Shown: one piece after another, positions 41,212 to 51,224 of the stretch
How the letters are laid out: the number at the start of each line of letters is the position of its first letter
Numbering within the stretch: position 1 is the stretch's first letter
Origin: an uncultured Alphaproteobacteria bacterium
GTDB taxonomy: Bacteria; Pseudomonadota; Alphaproteobacteria; Rs-D84
DNA length: 64,000 bases
NCBI GenBank assembly: GCA_947053455.1
Contig: CAMRSV010000005.1
Coordinates: forward strand, 1 to 64,000
Direction of reading: 5' to 3'
Made by a program: the position numbers and the translations under genes
The notes under the pieces: generated by a model
What the model saw: the letters and a program-made list of their open reading frames with translations, nothing else
What the model was told of the DNA's origin: nothing
Database searches by the model: none

Positions 41212-41649
41212 TTACTGTGTGTATGCGCAATCAGCGGTATAGGAATACGTTCCGGTGGAATCTGTCATCTCTTGCCCCACCGGGATATAGCAATCAGTTA
41301 TTTCAACTTTTAATTTTATAAGGCCGTTATCATTATAAACAACATCCGGTGTTGTTCCACCGTTTGGGCAAGGAGCACAAAAACCGCTACTTAAACTGCC
41401 CGACCAATAATGCCCTTTTTCACATTTACCGGCGCCCCCACTTCCAGATTTCACACAATTACAACTTGCATCAACCGAATAACCGATATCGCATAACACG
41501 GAACTGCAGTCACACGCGCCACAACAATCGGCTGCTTTATAATATCCGCACGGGTACACACCACAAAACATACAGGTTGTGGATGCCGCATTGGCAGCAT
41601 ATGAAAATACACACAACTGAAACAAACAGAAAAAGAAATATTTTTGCAT
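41212..41649 (-). CDS. Small secreted Cys-rich protein (paralog of 23042)
   Basis: Signal peptide ending ANA; CEKGHY..CAPCPNGGTT...ITDCYIP...DSTGTYSYTADCAY. Confidence 0.8.
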   Translation of the reverse strand: MQKYFFFCLFQLCVFSYAANAASTTCMFCGVYPCGYYKAADCCGACDCSSVLCDIGYSVDASCNCVKSGSGGAGKCEKGHYWSGSLSSGFCAPCPNGGTTPDVVYNDNGLIKLKVEITDCYIPVGQEMTDSTGTYSYTADCAYTQ

Positions 41650-41673
41650 TTTTCGCCCCATTTTTGTTTTAAC

Positions 41674-41917
41674 AAAACCGCCAGGAAATATGGCGGTCGG
41701 GGATTTGAAAAATCATAAATGAAAATGATCCCGTGGCTTTTGGGTGCGCACCCTGTTATATAACCACAGACCCCCGACCGTTCACGGTCGGGTGACAAAA
41801 CATGACGTATTACAAAAGCAATACCCATGCTTTCATTTCGGATTCAGCATGCAAAAAGTACATGCCGTTCATTTATGGGATTTTCAAGTCCCTGAGCCAG
41901 CATCCCTGTTGGTTCAT
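41674..41917 (-). ncRNA. Novel structured leader RNA, copy 5 (most divergent, with insertions)
   Basis: GGGA/TCCC, TTGAAAA/TTTTCAA, CATAAATGAA/TTCATTTATG, CGGTCGGGGG/TCCCCGACCG, terminator gaccgcca-tatttcc-tggcggtttt; TATAAT at 41928-41923. Confidence 0.72.
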
Positions 41918-41994
41918 GTCAAATTATAGTTTATTGCACAAATAAAAACAAGGCCTAATCAGACATAAAAAATCCGCCAATTGGCGGATTTATT

Positions 41995-43164
41995 TTACTT
42001 GTCTTCCAAAATTGCGATTCCAGGCAGAACGCGCCCCTCTATAAATTCCAGAAACGCACCACCACCGGTTGAAACATAAGTCATATGGTCTTTGATGCCG
42101 CATGCTTCTAGTGCGGCAACAGTATCACCGCCGCCAACTATGCTTACCAATTTCCCGTCACGAGTGCGGGATGCAATCTGCTCTGCAATTGAAAATGAAC
42201 CAATTGACCAAATCGGCGCCCATTCCGCCATACCGACCGTGCCGTTCCAAATTACAGTCGACGCACCGTTAATCGCATCCAAATTACGGGCGGTTGTGTC
42301 AATGCCCGCATCCAGAATAATGTCGTCATCCAATATTTCATCAACCGCCTTGTTTTCACGCAGCGCATCGCGCGCAAACGTTTTTGCCACACCCTTGTCC
42401 AGCGGCAGCAGTATTTTGCAATCATTGTCTGCGGCATATTTCAATATTTCCAGCGCGGTATCTTTCTGGTCTGCTTCGAACAACGAATTGCCGACCTTGT
42501 GGCCTTGGGCATAATTAAAAGTCGTACCCAGCGCACCACCAATTATCATTGCATCAGACAGTTTTGCCAACGCCTTTAACACACCAATTTTTGTGGACAC
42601 CTTGCTGCCTGCAACAATTGACAGAAGCGGCCGCTTTGGATTTTCCATAACATTCGACAGATTTTCAATTTCACCCGCAAGTAATTTTCCAGCGCATCCC
42701 GGCAAAATTTCAGCAACGCCGACCGTGCTGGCATGTGCGCGATGGGACACAGCAAACGCGTCGTTTACAAACAAATCAAAACCGGCGGCTAATTTTTGTG
42801 CAAACGCAGGGTCGTTTTTTTCCTCGCCTTCGTAAAATCTGACATTTTCAAGCAAGACTATATCACCATCATGCATATTTGCCATGAAATCCCTGTCCAG
42901 GCAATCTGGTATCAGTGGTACATTCAAATACTCTGCCACCGGGCGCAGCGAGAATTCCATGTTGCGCATGCCCTTGGGACGCCCCAGATGCGCACATATC
43001 GCAATACGAGCCCCGGCATCACGCAATGCGCGAATGGTTGGCATGCTCTGCTCTATTCTAAATGCATCGGTAATTTTTCCATCGACAATTTGAACATTAA
43101 AATCATCGCGCAGCAAAACATATTTACCGCGAACATCAAAATTGTCAATCGTACGAAGTTTCAT
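41995..43164 (-). CDS. pgk: Phosphoglycerate kinase
   Basis: HLGRP, LLENVRF, NDAFAVSHRAHAS, VGGGDT, STGGGAFLE. Confidence 0.97.
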   Translation of the reverse strand: MKLRTIDNFDVRGKYVLLRDDFNVQIVDGKITDAFRIEQSMPTIRALRDAGARIAICAHLGRPKGMRNMEFSLRPVAEYLNVPLIPDCLDRDFMANMHDGDIVLLENVRFYEGEEKNDPAFAQKLAAGFDLFVNDAFAVSHRAHASTVGVAEILPGCAGKLLAGEIENLSNVMENPKRPLLSIVAGSKVSTKIGVLKALAKLSDAMIIGGALGTTFNYAQGHKVGNSLFEADQKDTALEILKYAADNDCKILLPLDKGVAKTFARDALRENKAVDEILDDDIILDAGIDTTARNLDAINGASTVIWNGTVGMAEWAPIWSIGSFSIAEQIASRTRDGKLVSIVGGGDTVAALEACGIKDHMTYVSTGGGAFLEFIEGRVLPGIAILEDK

Positions 43165-43765
43165 TTTTTATCCTTTCCTTTATCGGTCCAAAACTTTTTC
43201 TAAACTGTTCATTTATACCATATTTATCAATCGCCTGCAAATGGGATTGCGTGGGATATCCCGCATTTTTGTCCCAACCGTATTGCGGATATTTTTCTGC
43301 AAGATTACGCATTATCCGGTCACGCGTTTCCTTGGCTATAATGGATGCGGCCGCAATAGACAGTGATTTTGCATCCCCCTTTACCACCGCGTCGCCCGTC
43401 AATTCGGTCGGAACCCGGTTACCATCAACCAGGCAATAACACGCCCCAACATTTAAACCCGCCACCGCGCGTTCCATTGCACGCATGGACGCCCAAAGAA
43501 TATTTAACTCGTCAATTTCAGCCGGACTGCATTCACCAACCGCCCATTTAGTATTTTTCACAATCCATTCATATGCCGCAGCACGTTGAATATGCGTCAT
43601 CTGCTTTGAATCACGAATTATTACCGGTATTTCAATATCAAATGACGGGAAAATCACCGCCGCCGCCACAACCGGCCCGCACAGTGGGCCGCGACCCGCT
43701 TCGTCCACACCGACAACAATTCCACCGTGCGCCCGTTCAATTTCAAATGTTGGTGTTTGTTTCAT
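43145..43765 (-). CDS. rnhB: Ribonuclease HII
   Basis: GVDEAGRGPLCGPVVAAAV, DSK, DGN, SIAAASIIAK. Confidence 0.96.
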   Translation of the reverse strand: MKQTPTFEIERAHGGIVVGVDEAGRGPLCGPVVAAAVIFPSFDIEIPVIIRDSKQMTHIQRAAAYEWIVKNTKWAVGECSPAEIDELNILWASMRAMERAVAGLNVGACYCLVDGNRVPTELTGDAVVKGDAKSLSIAAASIIAKETRDRIMRNLAEKYPQYGWDKNAGYPTQSHLQAIDKYGINEQFRKSFGPIKERIKNETSYD

Positions 43766-43864
43766 GCAAATTAACATAGCACCAAATCACAATGAATAAA
43801 ACCATTTTTTGAATGAATAATGACTATGAGAGATAAACAATAAGCCCGGCAATGCCGGGCATTA

Positions 43865-45589
43865 TCATATCGCCATGCGGTTTTCAATTTGCCTGCGGAC
43901 GTATTCATCTTCACTGTTATAAAGGGGCCAGCGCCCGTCCGCCAAATCCTTCATCGTGGTTAGTGGTTGATTCAAACGCGCACGATACAGCCACATATTA
44001 CTCATTACACGCTTGATATATCCACGGGTTTCAAATGCCGGAAAACTTTCAATATACAGCAATGGGTCATATGTATCAAATGCCTTTTCAAATTTTACCA
44101 GCGTTCCCATTCCCGCATTATACGCCGCCAACATTTTTATTATATTGTTTTCAATATTCGGATGCGCCAATAAATCGACAATATACTGCTGCCCCAGGAA
44201 CATGTTGTGTTCGGGATTGGCCATGTCTATGTTTGACATTTTCACTTTGTTCGCGCGCGCAACACGTCGTGCGGTACTTGGCATCAATTGCATTAATCCC
44301 GACGCCCCGGCGGACGATTTTACATTCGGACGAAATCCGCTTTCCTGCTTTGTAATCGCAAACAACAATGCCCGGTCAATTGACCATCCGCCCATTGGTT
44401 CCCAATCCGGCAATGGATATTGCGCAGAATAAATAATGTCGTCATCAATTTCCAAAATACCCCGGTCTTTTATAACACTGGATACCTGAATTGAAACACG
44501 CGGTAAATTGTACGCAGTAGACACAGCATTGATTGCATGCAACATTCTGTCACTGGCCTTTAATGTAATCAGCAGTTTTAGATATTCTTCCGCACGTTCT
44601 TTGTTACCAACCTGCAGCAGTGCCAAGGCCATTTTGCCGTATTTTTTCCCACGCAGCAATTCCAAATCTTCGTCCGTTATGTCCTGTTCAAAAAATTCAT
44701 ATTGTGGCGTACGCCCCAGCATAGTCGCCGACAAAGCGCCATAAAACGCCATCGGATGTGCCGCGGACACAGCCCAGAATTTTTTTGCCGCAGATCTATT
44801 GCCGGCGGCGTCGGCCGCACGCCCTGCCCAGAATGCGGCCTCGGTCTTACGCGCATTGTTTATTTGCTCCAGATTTAAAATCTCGCTGAAATATTTCTGG
44901 CTTTCTTTGAACTTTTCTTCCTTGTAATACAGCAGACCCATCGCCCACAATCCGTATTCTGACCGCGCGTCGGATGCAACAAAGCCCCATTTTTTCGCTA
45001 ATTCAAATTCGCCGTTTGTGTAATATATAAAAGCCAAACGCCCCGCCAAACGACCATAATCAGATTCTGTTAATTTTCGTTTGAATGCAGCATCTTCCAA
45101 AATCTGACGAGCGATTTTTGTGCTACCGCTACGTATGGCTTTTTTGAACTTGGTAATTTTTTTGTCTGTTTCCCCACTGTACTGCTTTGCCGTCCACGTT
45201 TCAGACTGCGCCGTTTCAATGGACAGGTTACCCGAAATCGTACGCGGCAGGTTCGCCCGGCGCGTTTTTGCCTGTTTTATCTGTCCCAGTTTTTCCATAC
45301 GAACCGCACCCGGCATATTGTAATATTTTTCCATCCATGCGGTAACTTCGCGGCCACGCGTCCGATACGTTTTTGAAATATAACGTTGAAACAAAACCTC
45401 GTTCATAAGGAGGGAATCCGCCAACTGCTTTTCCAGTTTAATGGCCGCATCAATTTTTTCCTTGGACTGCAGCATGAAAATCTGGGTATAAATGGCGGCG
45501 TCTTCGTCCGTCAGAATTTGTATAGTTTCCGACGCAAACGCGGAAACATGCAAAATAATTGCGAATAAAAATATATAAATTTTTCTCAT
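43865..45589 (-). CDS. Soluble lytic murein transglycosylase (Slt family)
   Basis: AITKQES, GLMQLMP, AAYNAG, ETRGYIKRV. Confidence 0.92.
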   Translation of the reverse strand: MRKIYIFLFAIILHVSAFASETIQILTDEDAAIYTQIFMLQSKEKIDAAIKLEKQLADSLLMNEVLFQRYISKTYRTRGREVTAWMEKYYNMPGAVRMEKLGQIKQAKTRRANLPRTISGNLSIETAQSETWTAKQYSGETDKKITKFKKAIRSGSTKIARQILEDAAFKRKLTESDYGRLAGRLAFIYYTNGEFELAKKWGFVASDARSEYGLWAMGLLYYKEEKFKESQKYFSEILNLEQINNARKTEAAFWAGRAADAAGNRSAAKKFWAVSAAHPMAFYGALSATMLGRTPQYEFFEQDITDEDLELLRGKKYGKMALALLQVGNKERAEEYLKLLITLKASDRMLHAINAVSTAYNLPRVSIQVSSVIKDRGILEIDDDIIYSAQYPLPDWEPMGGWSIDRALLFAITKQESGFRPNVKSSAGASGLMQLMPSTARRVARANKVKMSNIDMANPEHNMFLGQQYIVDLLAHPNIENNIIKMLAAYNAGMGTLVKFEKAFDTYDPLLYIESFPAFETRGYIKRVMSNMWLYRARLNQPLTTMKDLADGRWPLYNSEDEYVRRQIENRMAI

Positions 45590-45592
45590 ATA

Positions 45593-46093
45593 TTAAAACA
45601 GCGATGTTTTTGGCAACGTACAAACGTCGGCACCATCATCCGCCTCTGGTATTTGATTTATTACTTTCTTAAAGTCGGCAATACGTGAAAACTTGCGGTA
45701 CACAGACACAAAACGAACAAACGCAATCGGGTCCAGATTCAGCAGCGAATCCGACACCATTTGGCCAACAAGACTGCTTGTCACCGTGTCATCTGCGGTT
45801 TCCGTTTCCAAACGCCGATGAATTGATGTCACTAATTTTTCCACCTGCTCGTCCCCGACATCACGATTACGGCACGCCAGCATTATGCTGCGCCGCAATT
45901 TTTCGCGATCAAACGGTTCCAATTTGCCGCTGTTTTTACGCACCATCAAGTCGCGCATCTGAACCCGTTCAACCGTCGTGAACTTTGCGCCGCATTGATT
46001 ACATACCCGACGACGGCGAATAATCGCATCCTCGGTATCAGGGCGGGAATCGGTAACCCTGCTGTCAGTAGAGTTGCAGTATGGACATCTCAT
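45593..46093 (-). CDS. nrdR: Transcriptional repressor NrdR
   Basis: MRCPYC..DSRVTDSR..IRRRRVC..C..KFTT; ATP cone. Confidence 0.96.
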   Translation of the reverse strand: MRCPYCNSTDSRVTDSRPDTEDAIIRRRRVCNQCGAKFTTVERVQMRDLMVRKNSGKLEPFDREKLRRSIMLACRNRDVGDEQVEKLVTSIHRRLETETADDTVTSSLVGQMVSDSLLNLDPIAFVRFVSVYRKFSRIADFKKVINQIPEADDGADVCTLPKTSLF

Positions 46094-46256
46094 AACCTCT
46101 TAACGGTAGCAATCTATTCTTTGCCGTGCAAGAACATTTTTTCACAAAAAAATCGTATTTTTATAAAAATCAAGCAAATTATTTATATAAACCCACTTGC
46201 ACCCGCGATTTTTCATGCCTCAAATATGATAAAATGTATAATCATAGATGAGAGAG

Positions 46257-47357
46257 ATGGAAAAATACATAAACCAGATTTTATCCGGCGATTGCATTGA
46301 AATTATGCGAAAAATCCCCGATGCATCGGTGGATGCAATATTTGCGGATTCGCCGTACAATCTGCAATTGGGTGAAAAAACGCTGTACCGTCCCGAAGAT
46401 CAAACCGCCGCACGCGCCGTACGCGACCGTTGGGACGCATTTGAAAGTACCCAAGCATATGATGAATTCACACGTCAATGGATGAATGAGTGCAAACGCA
46501 TATTAAAACCCGACGGCGCCATGTGGGTAATTGGCAGTTATCACAACATATTTCGTGTGGGTGCAATTTTGCAAGACCTCGGATTCTGGATTTTAAATGA
46601 TATAGTATGGGTAAAAACAAACCCGATGCCCAATTTTCGCGGCACTCGCTTTACAAATGCGCATGAAACACTGATTTGGGCAACACCGACAAAAACCGGC
46701 AAATACACATTTAATTACGAAACCATGAAAAAGCTGAACGGTGGGAAACAAATGCGGTCGGATTGGGGGATAAATATATGCCTGGGCGAAGAACGCGTAA
46801 AGGGCGCGGATGGAAAAAGTCTGCATAACACACAAAAACCGCTGGATTTGCTGCGTCGTGTAATTTTGGCATCAACAAAACCTGGTGACATTATACTTGA
46901 CCCGTTTGTCGGCAGCGGCACCACCGCGGCCGCCGCACGCGAACTGGGGCGTCGCTTTATCGGTATTGACCGCGAGGAATCGTATGTCGCCGCCGCACGC
47001 GAACGCGTGGCACGCGTTGTACCACGCGACCTGTCTGATATAGAGGTCTCAAGCCCAAAACGTGATGAAGTCCGTGTTGCATTCCGTGAACTGATAGATG
47101 CAGGCCTGCTGTATGTCGGTCAAACACTGGTCAGCCCGCGCGGCGAACGCGTGATGATAACACGTGATGGACAATTAACCCATTCCCTGCACGGCAAGGC
47201 CTCAATTCATGTCATGGCTGCGCGAATACAACGCAGTGTTAGTTTCAACGGCTGGGATTATTGGAGTGCGGAAAAACGCGACGGAACACTTGTCCCGATT
47301 GATGAGTTGCGTAAATATATACGCGGAATAAAGCGCGACATGAAACAGGCGGCATAG
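46257..47357 (+). CDS. ccrM: CcrM-like beta-class adenine DNA methyltransferase
   Basis: IFADSPYNLQL, GSYHNIFRVG, NPMPNFRGTRFTNAHETLIW, DPFVGSGTT, C-terminal SIH...NGWDYW domain. Confidence 0.88.
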   Translation: MEKYINQILSGDCIEIMRKIPDASVDAIFADSPYNLQLGEKTLYRPEDQTAARAVRDRWDAFESTQAYDEFTRQWMNECKRILKPDGAMWVIGSYHNIFRVGAILQDLGFWILNDIVWVKTNPMPNFRGTRFTNAHETLIWATPTKTGKYTFNYETMKKLNGGKQMRSDWGINICLGEERVKGADGKSLHNTQKPLDLLRRVILASTKPGDIILDPFVGSGTTAAAARELGRRFIGIDREESYVAAARERVARVVPRDLSDIEVSSPKRDEVRVAFRELIDAGLLYVGQTLVSPRGERVMITRDGQLTHSLHGKASIHVMAARIQRSVSFNGWDYWSAEKRDGTLVPIDELRKYIRGIKRDMKQAA

Positions 47358-47403
47358 TTTTCACATACGCCGCCCATCATCACAGAAAGTTACATTGAAA
47401 ATA

Positions 47404-48414
47404 CTATTTTTTGCGTCTTGCATAATATTTTGTAATAAGTCCAGCCACGAAAAATACAAACGCAGCAATTGTGATAGCGTTTATTAATTCGCGAATGCGC
47501 TGTGTAAAAACATAGCGAAAAAACCATGCCTCAAAATATTCGCGCCGCGGGCCAGAAAATTTTATATATTTCGGCGTTATATCTTCAATACCGCGCGGCC
47601 CTATGCGCAGACTAATGTAACCAAATTTCCCAATATCGGTGAAACGCGCCGTCTGTCCGGATGAAGGTGTCGTGTAAATCGGAATTCCGGCAAATTCATC
47701 CTTGGAAAAATAATGCACATGCCCAAAAAACATTGCATTAATTTTGTGCCCCCGGATAATAGATTCAAATTTTTGAACATCGTCATCCTTCATCATGTGC
47801 TTTTCAGCACCCGGGACATTCTTGGGCGGCATGTGCCCGAATAAAATACAGTTCTTAAACAGTGGTCTTATATGCTTTAATGTATCAGCCAACCATTCAA
47901 ACTGCTCATCTTCAATTTCATCGGACGAATCCATTGCAATAAACAACGTGTCACCATATCCGAACCAATAATACGCCGGCCCCATAACCGCCCGATAATA
48001 GCGCTTGTCTATATTTCCGCGCTTTTCCACATCATGATTTCCGGGAATCATGTAAAATGGCGTTCCGCCCAGATGACGTTCTATTTCATGCAGCATCCAA
48101 TAAAAATTCGCCGGCCGCCGGTCAGACACAAAATCACCCAAATACATTATAAAATCGGGGTTATCGTTTTGGCGTGCGGAATCAATCGCTTTTTCGAGCA
48201 CATGATTATGCGTTCCCGTATCTGAAATCAATGCAATCGTGAACGTGTCTTTATCCTCATTCATAAACAAAGATGTGGGCGGCAATATATTGCGCGCCGG
48301 CAAAAGTGATTCACCCCCCATGTAAGAATGAACAACAAATAATCCGACCGCCAGCAGCACCAGTGCAATCACAATCAGATAAAATATTTTTGATAAATTA
48401 AGTTTCTTAAGCAT
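47404..48414 (-). CDS. Membrane-anchored calcineurin-like metallophosphoesterase
   Basis: SDTG, GDFV, PGNHD, GHVH; TM helices at both ends. Confidence 0.88.
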   Translation of the reverse strand: MLKKLNLSKIFYLIVIALVLLAVGLFVVHSYMGGESLLPARNILPPTSLFMNEDKDTFTIALISDTGTHNHVLEKAIDSARQNDNPDFIMYLGDFVSDRRPANFYWMLHEIERHLGGTPFYMIPGNHDVEKRGNIDKRYYRAVMGPAYYWFGYGDTLFIAMDSSDEIEDEQFEWLADTLKHIRPLFKNCILFGHMPPKNVPGAEKHMMKDDDVQKFESIIRGHKINAMFFGHVHYFSKDEFAGIPIYTTPSSGQTARFTDIGKFGYISLRIGPRGIEDITPKYIKFSGPRREYFEAWFFRYVFTQRIRELINAITIAAFVFFVAGLITKYYARRKK

Positions 48415-48653
48415 ATTTTTTCCTTATTTTTTACTTAAGCCGAACAACAAATTAAAATATAAAAAACATAATGGCAAGTTTTTTTATATTTAAAAAATTA
48501 CCATAAACCAAAAATTAAACCCGCATCCGGGGGTTGAATTTTTGGTTGTGCTATCTGTGCAATTCGCGAACTGAATTGGTTGAAAATGTACGAGGAATCC
48601 ATAAATTAACTTTATTGAATTTATAAAAACCGTCAAAAGACGTTTTTTTATAA

Positions 48654-49553
48654 TTATCTAGTTCTTGTACTTCTTGTTTTGCGTTTTTCTTGATTAAGAG
48701 ATTGATATACTTTTGCTATTGTTGTTATATATTTTTCATCATTAAAACTGAACATAGATTCTGGGTTTTGTAAATGATATGTATTAGTCATAATATATGA
48801 AGCAGTGGTTTTACCACTTAAATAATCAAGGTATCTTTTTGCTATATTGAAAATAAATTCATCTGATGTACCAGACATATCTTGGAAAACACCACTCATA
48901 TGAATTGATGGTATGCTGATTTTAACACTTTGATATTTCGTTTCGTTAATAAATTCAAAAGTCATGAATTTCTTTTCTTTGTTGAATAAAGAAAATCTGG
49001 AACCTTTTTTATCAATTTTTACAGTTATATTTGTATTTTTATTAATCAGATTTTTAATAACACTGTAAATAACACGGGCTTTTAAATATTGTTCTTCGCG
49101 TGCAATTTGTTTCTCTTTTGGGGCCATAAAATCGACTGATTTTGCTAACATTTCATATGGTGTTAACGAAGACTTAGATTTTATTAATTTGTTATTAACA
49201 AAATCTTTTCCTTTACTAAAAGCAATTCTATCAAATACGCCCCGGTCAAAAGAATAATGGTTATACTTTAATTCTGGAACTTGTATTTGAACAAAAGGAC
49301 AGTCATCTTCTTCGACAAGATATTTTGAATACGATAACATCACAGGTCCCATAGAAGATTTTTCAATATGATAAAAATATGTTTCATTTCTATCATAATA
49401 AGATACCGTGGCAAAAGGTCTTTCTTCACTTAATTTTTGTATAATTTCAATGAATTTCTTGTCATCTAAACCAAGATTTACAGGTTTTTGCACAAGTGCA
49501 TTTTGTTTGTAGTCAGACTTAAAAATACGGTGAAACAAATTTAATAAAGCCAT
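48654..49553 (-). CDS. AT-rich hypothetical protein
   Basis: 299-aa ORF, SD aggt; visibly lower GC than its neighbours. Confidence 0.7.
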   Translation of the reverse strand: MALLNLFHRIFKSDYKQNALVQKPVNLGLDDKKFIEIIQKLSEERPFATVSYYDRNETYFYHIEKSSMGPVMLSYSKYLVEEDDCPFVQIQVPELKYNHYSFDRGVFDRIAFSKGKDFVNNKLIKSKSSLTPYEMLAKSVDFMAPKEKQIAREEQYLKARVIYSVIKNLINKNTNITVKIDKKGSRFSLFNKEKKFMTFEFINETKYQSVKISIPSIHMSGVFQDMSGTSDEFIFNIAKRYLDYLSGKTTASYIMTNTYHLQNPESMFSFNDEKYITTIAKVYQSLNQEKRKTRSTRTR

Positions 49554-49725
49554 TTTTTAACCTTTTTATCTTTTTAAAAAAAATAACACACGTCTATATA
49601 TTGTCAAGTTTTAATTGGTTCGAAAATGGCGATTTTTTGCTACTTTCTTGATTTTTACTTTCGAACTCGGTGAAAGTATTTCAAAACAAAAGAAAACTTG
49701 CCCCGATGGGCAAGTTTTGAAACTG

Positions 49726-49799
49726 TGGTTGGGGCAGCTGGATTCGAACCAACACTGACGGAGTCAGAGTCCGGAGTTCTACCATTAAACTATGCCCCA
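49726..49799 (-). tRNA. tRNA-Gln, anticodon CTG
   Basis: Reverse complement tggggcatagtttaatggtagaactccgga-CTCTGAC-tccg...ggttcgaatcc...CCA. Confidence 0.92.
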
Positions 49800-50003
49800 A
49801 GCGAAAGGCATTATAGTTTTTTTTATTTTCTTTGCAAGCATAAAATTCATAAAAGCCCCCCTTCCACAACAATTAACAAAATATATTAAGTCATTTTGCA
49901 AGTCACATTATATATGTTTGGTCATATTTACCGATATCGTTCCTATGGATTGCTTATGCAAAAATACCGATAATAAAATATACAAATACCAAAGGACAAA
50001 ATA

Positions 50004-51155
50004 ATGAAATGCGCAAAATCTTTGGTGGCAATTATTACATGCACTGCAATCGGCCTTGTGCATAACGCCAACGCATGCACAGGAATCACTCTAAAAGCCA
50101 AGGACAAATCCGTTGTTGTCGCCAGAACAATTGACTGGTCCGGTTCAGAAATGAACAATATGTACGCAATTGTTCCACGCGGGCACGAAAGTCAATCTTT
50201 GCTGCCAAACGGCGGAACAGACGGAATGAAATTTACATCAAAATACGGTTACGTTGGATTGGCCGTTGAACAACCAGAATTTGTTGTTGACGGCACCAAC
50301 GAGGCTGGACTATCCGCGGGATTATTTTACTTTCCCGAATACGGCAAATACGAGCCATATAACCCAGATGATAAATCCAGTTCACTTGCAGACTTTCAAT
50401 TTGTTTCATGGATTTTGTCACAATTTTCAACCATAGACCAGGTCAAGGAAGCCATAAAAGACATTCATATCGTAAATATAGACAAACGTGCCGCCACCGT
50501 ACATTGGCGCATAGCCGAACCCAACGGGCGCGTTGTTGTATTGGAAATAGTCAACGGTGTTCCGACATTTTATGAAAACTCGCTGGGGGTACTGACAAAC
50601 GCACCCGGGTTCCCATGGCAAACAACTAATTTGAACAATTACGTAAATTTAAAACCTGGTACCGCCGGCCCAACAACAATGGGTTCGATAATACTGCGCG
50701 CCTTCGGCTCTGGTTCTGGATTCCTGGGGCTGCCGGGCGACTTTACGCCGCCATCGCGCTTTGTTCGCGCAGCATTCCTGCAATCTTATTCTGTACCCCA
50801 GGCAAATTCGTATGATTCAGTGATGCAGGCGTTTCATATACTAAATAATTTTGACGTACCACTTGGTGTGCAATTCGCCGCAGGCAAGGCACCCAACAAC
50901 ATGCCCAGCGCAACCCAATGGACAATTGCGACTGATTTGGATAACCGGATAATATATTATCACACCATGTATAACCGCACGTTGCGCAGTATAAACATGA
51001 TGGACATAAACTTTGAAACGGTTCCATATCAGTATCATTCCCTAGATACAGTACAGCGTCAAACGATTGTCCCGGTTGAAATAAGCACAACCGCATCCGT
51101 CGCCGAGCCCATGCGCACGGTTCAAGAAATCGGGAACAAAGTGTTTAATCGATAA
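50004..51155 (+). CDS. Choloylglycine hydrolase / penicillin V acylase family Ntn hydrolase, exported
   Basis: Signal peptide then catalytic CTG, ARTID, DGTNEAGLS, GLPGDFTPPSRFVRAAF. Confidence 0.9.
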   Translation: MKCAKSLVAIITCTAIGLVHNANACTGITLKAKDKSVVVARTIDWSGSEMNNMYAIVPRGHESQSLLPNGGTDGMKFTSKYGYVGLAVEQPEFVVDGTNEAGLSAGLFYFPEYGKYEPYNPDDKSSSLADFQFVSWILSQFSTIDQVKEAIKDIHIVNIDKRAATVHWRIAEPNGRVVVLEIVNGVPTFYENSLGVLTNAPGFPWQTTNLNNYVNLKPGTAGPTTMGSIILRAFGSGSGFLGLPGDFTPPSRFVRAAFLQSYSVPQANSYDSVMQAFHILNNFDVPLGVQFAAGKAPNNMPSATQWTIATDLDNRIIYYHTMYNRTLRSINMMDINFETVPYQYHSLDTVQRQTIVPVEISTTASVAEPMRTVQEIGNKVFNR

Positions 51156-51224
51156 AACAATGATTTGCCTTTTTCGGGTTATGTGATTATACTTTACACA
51201 TAACCCAAAAAGGAGACGCATCAC

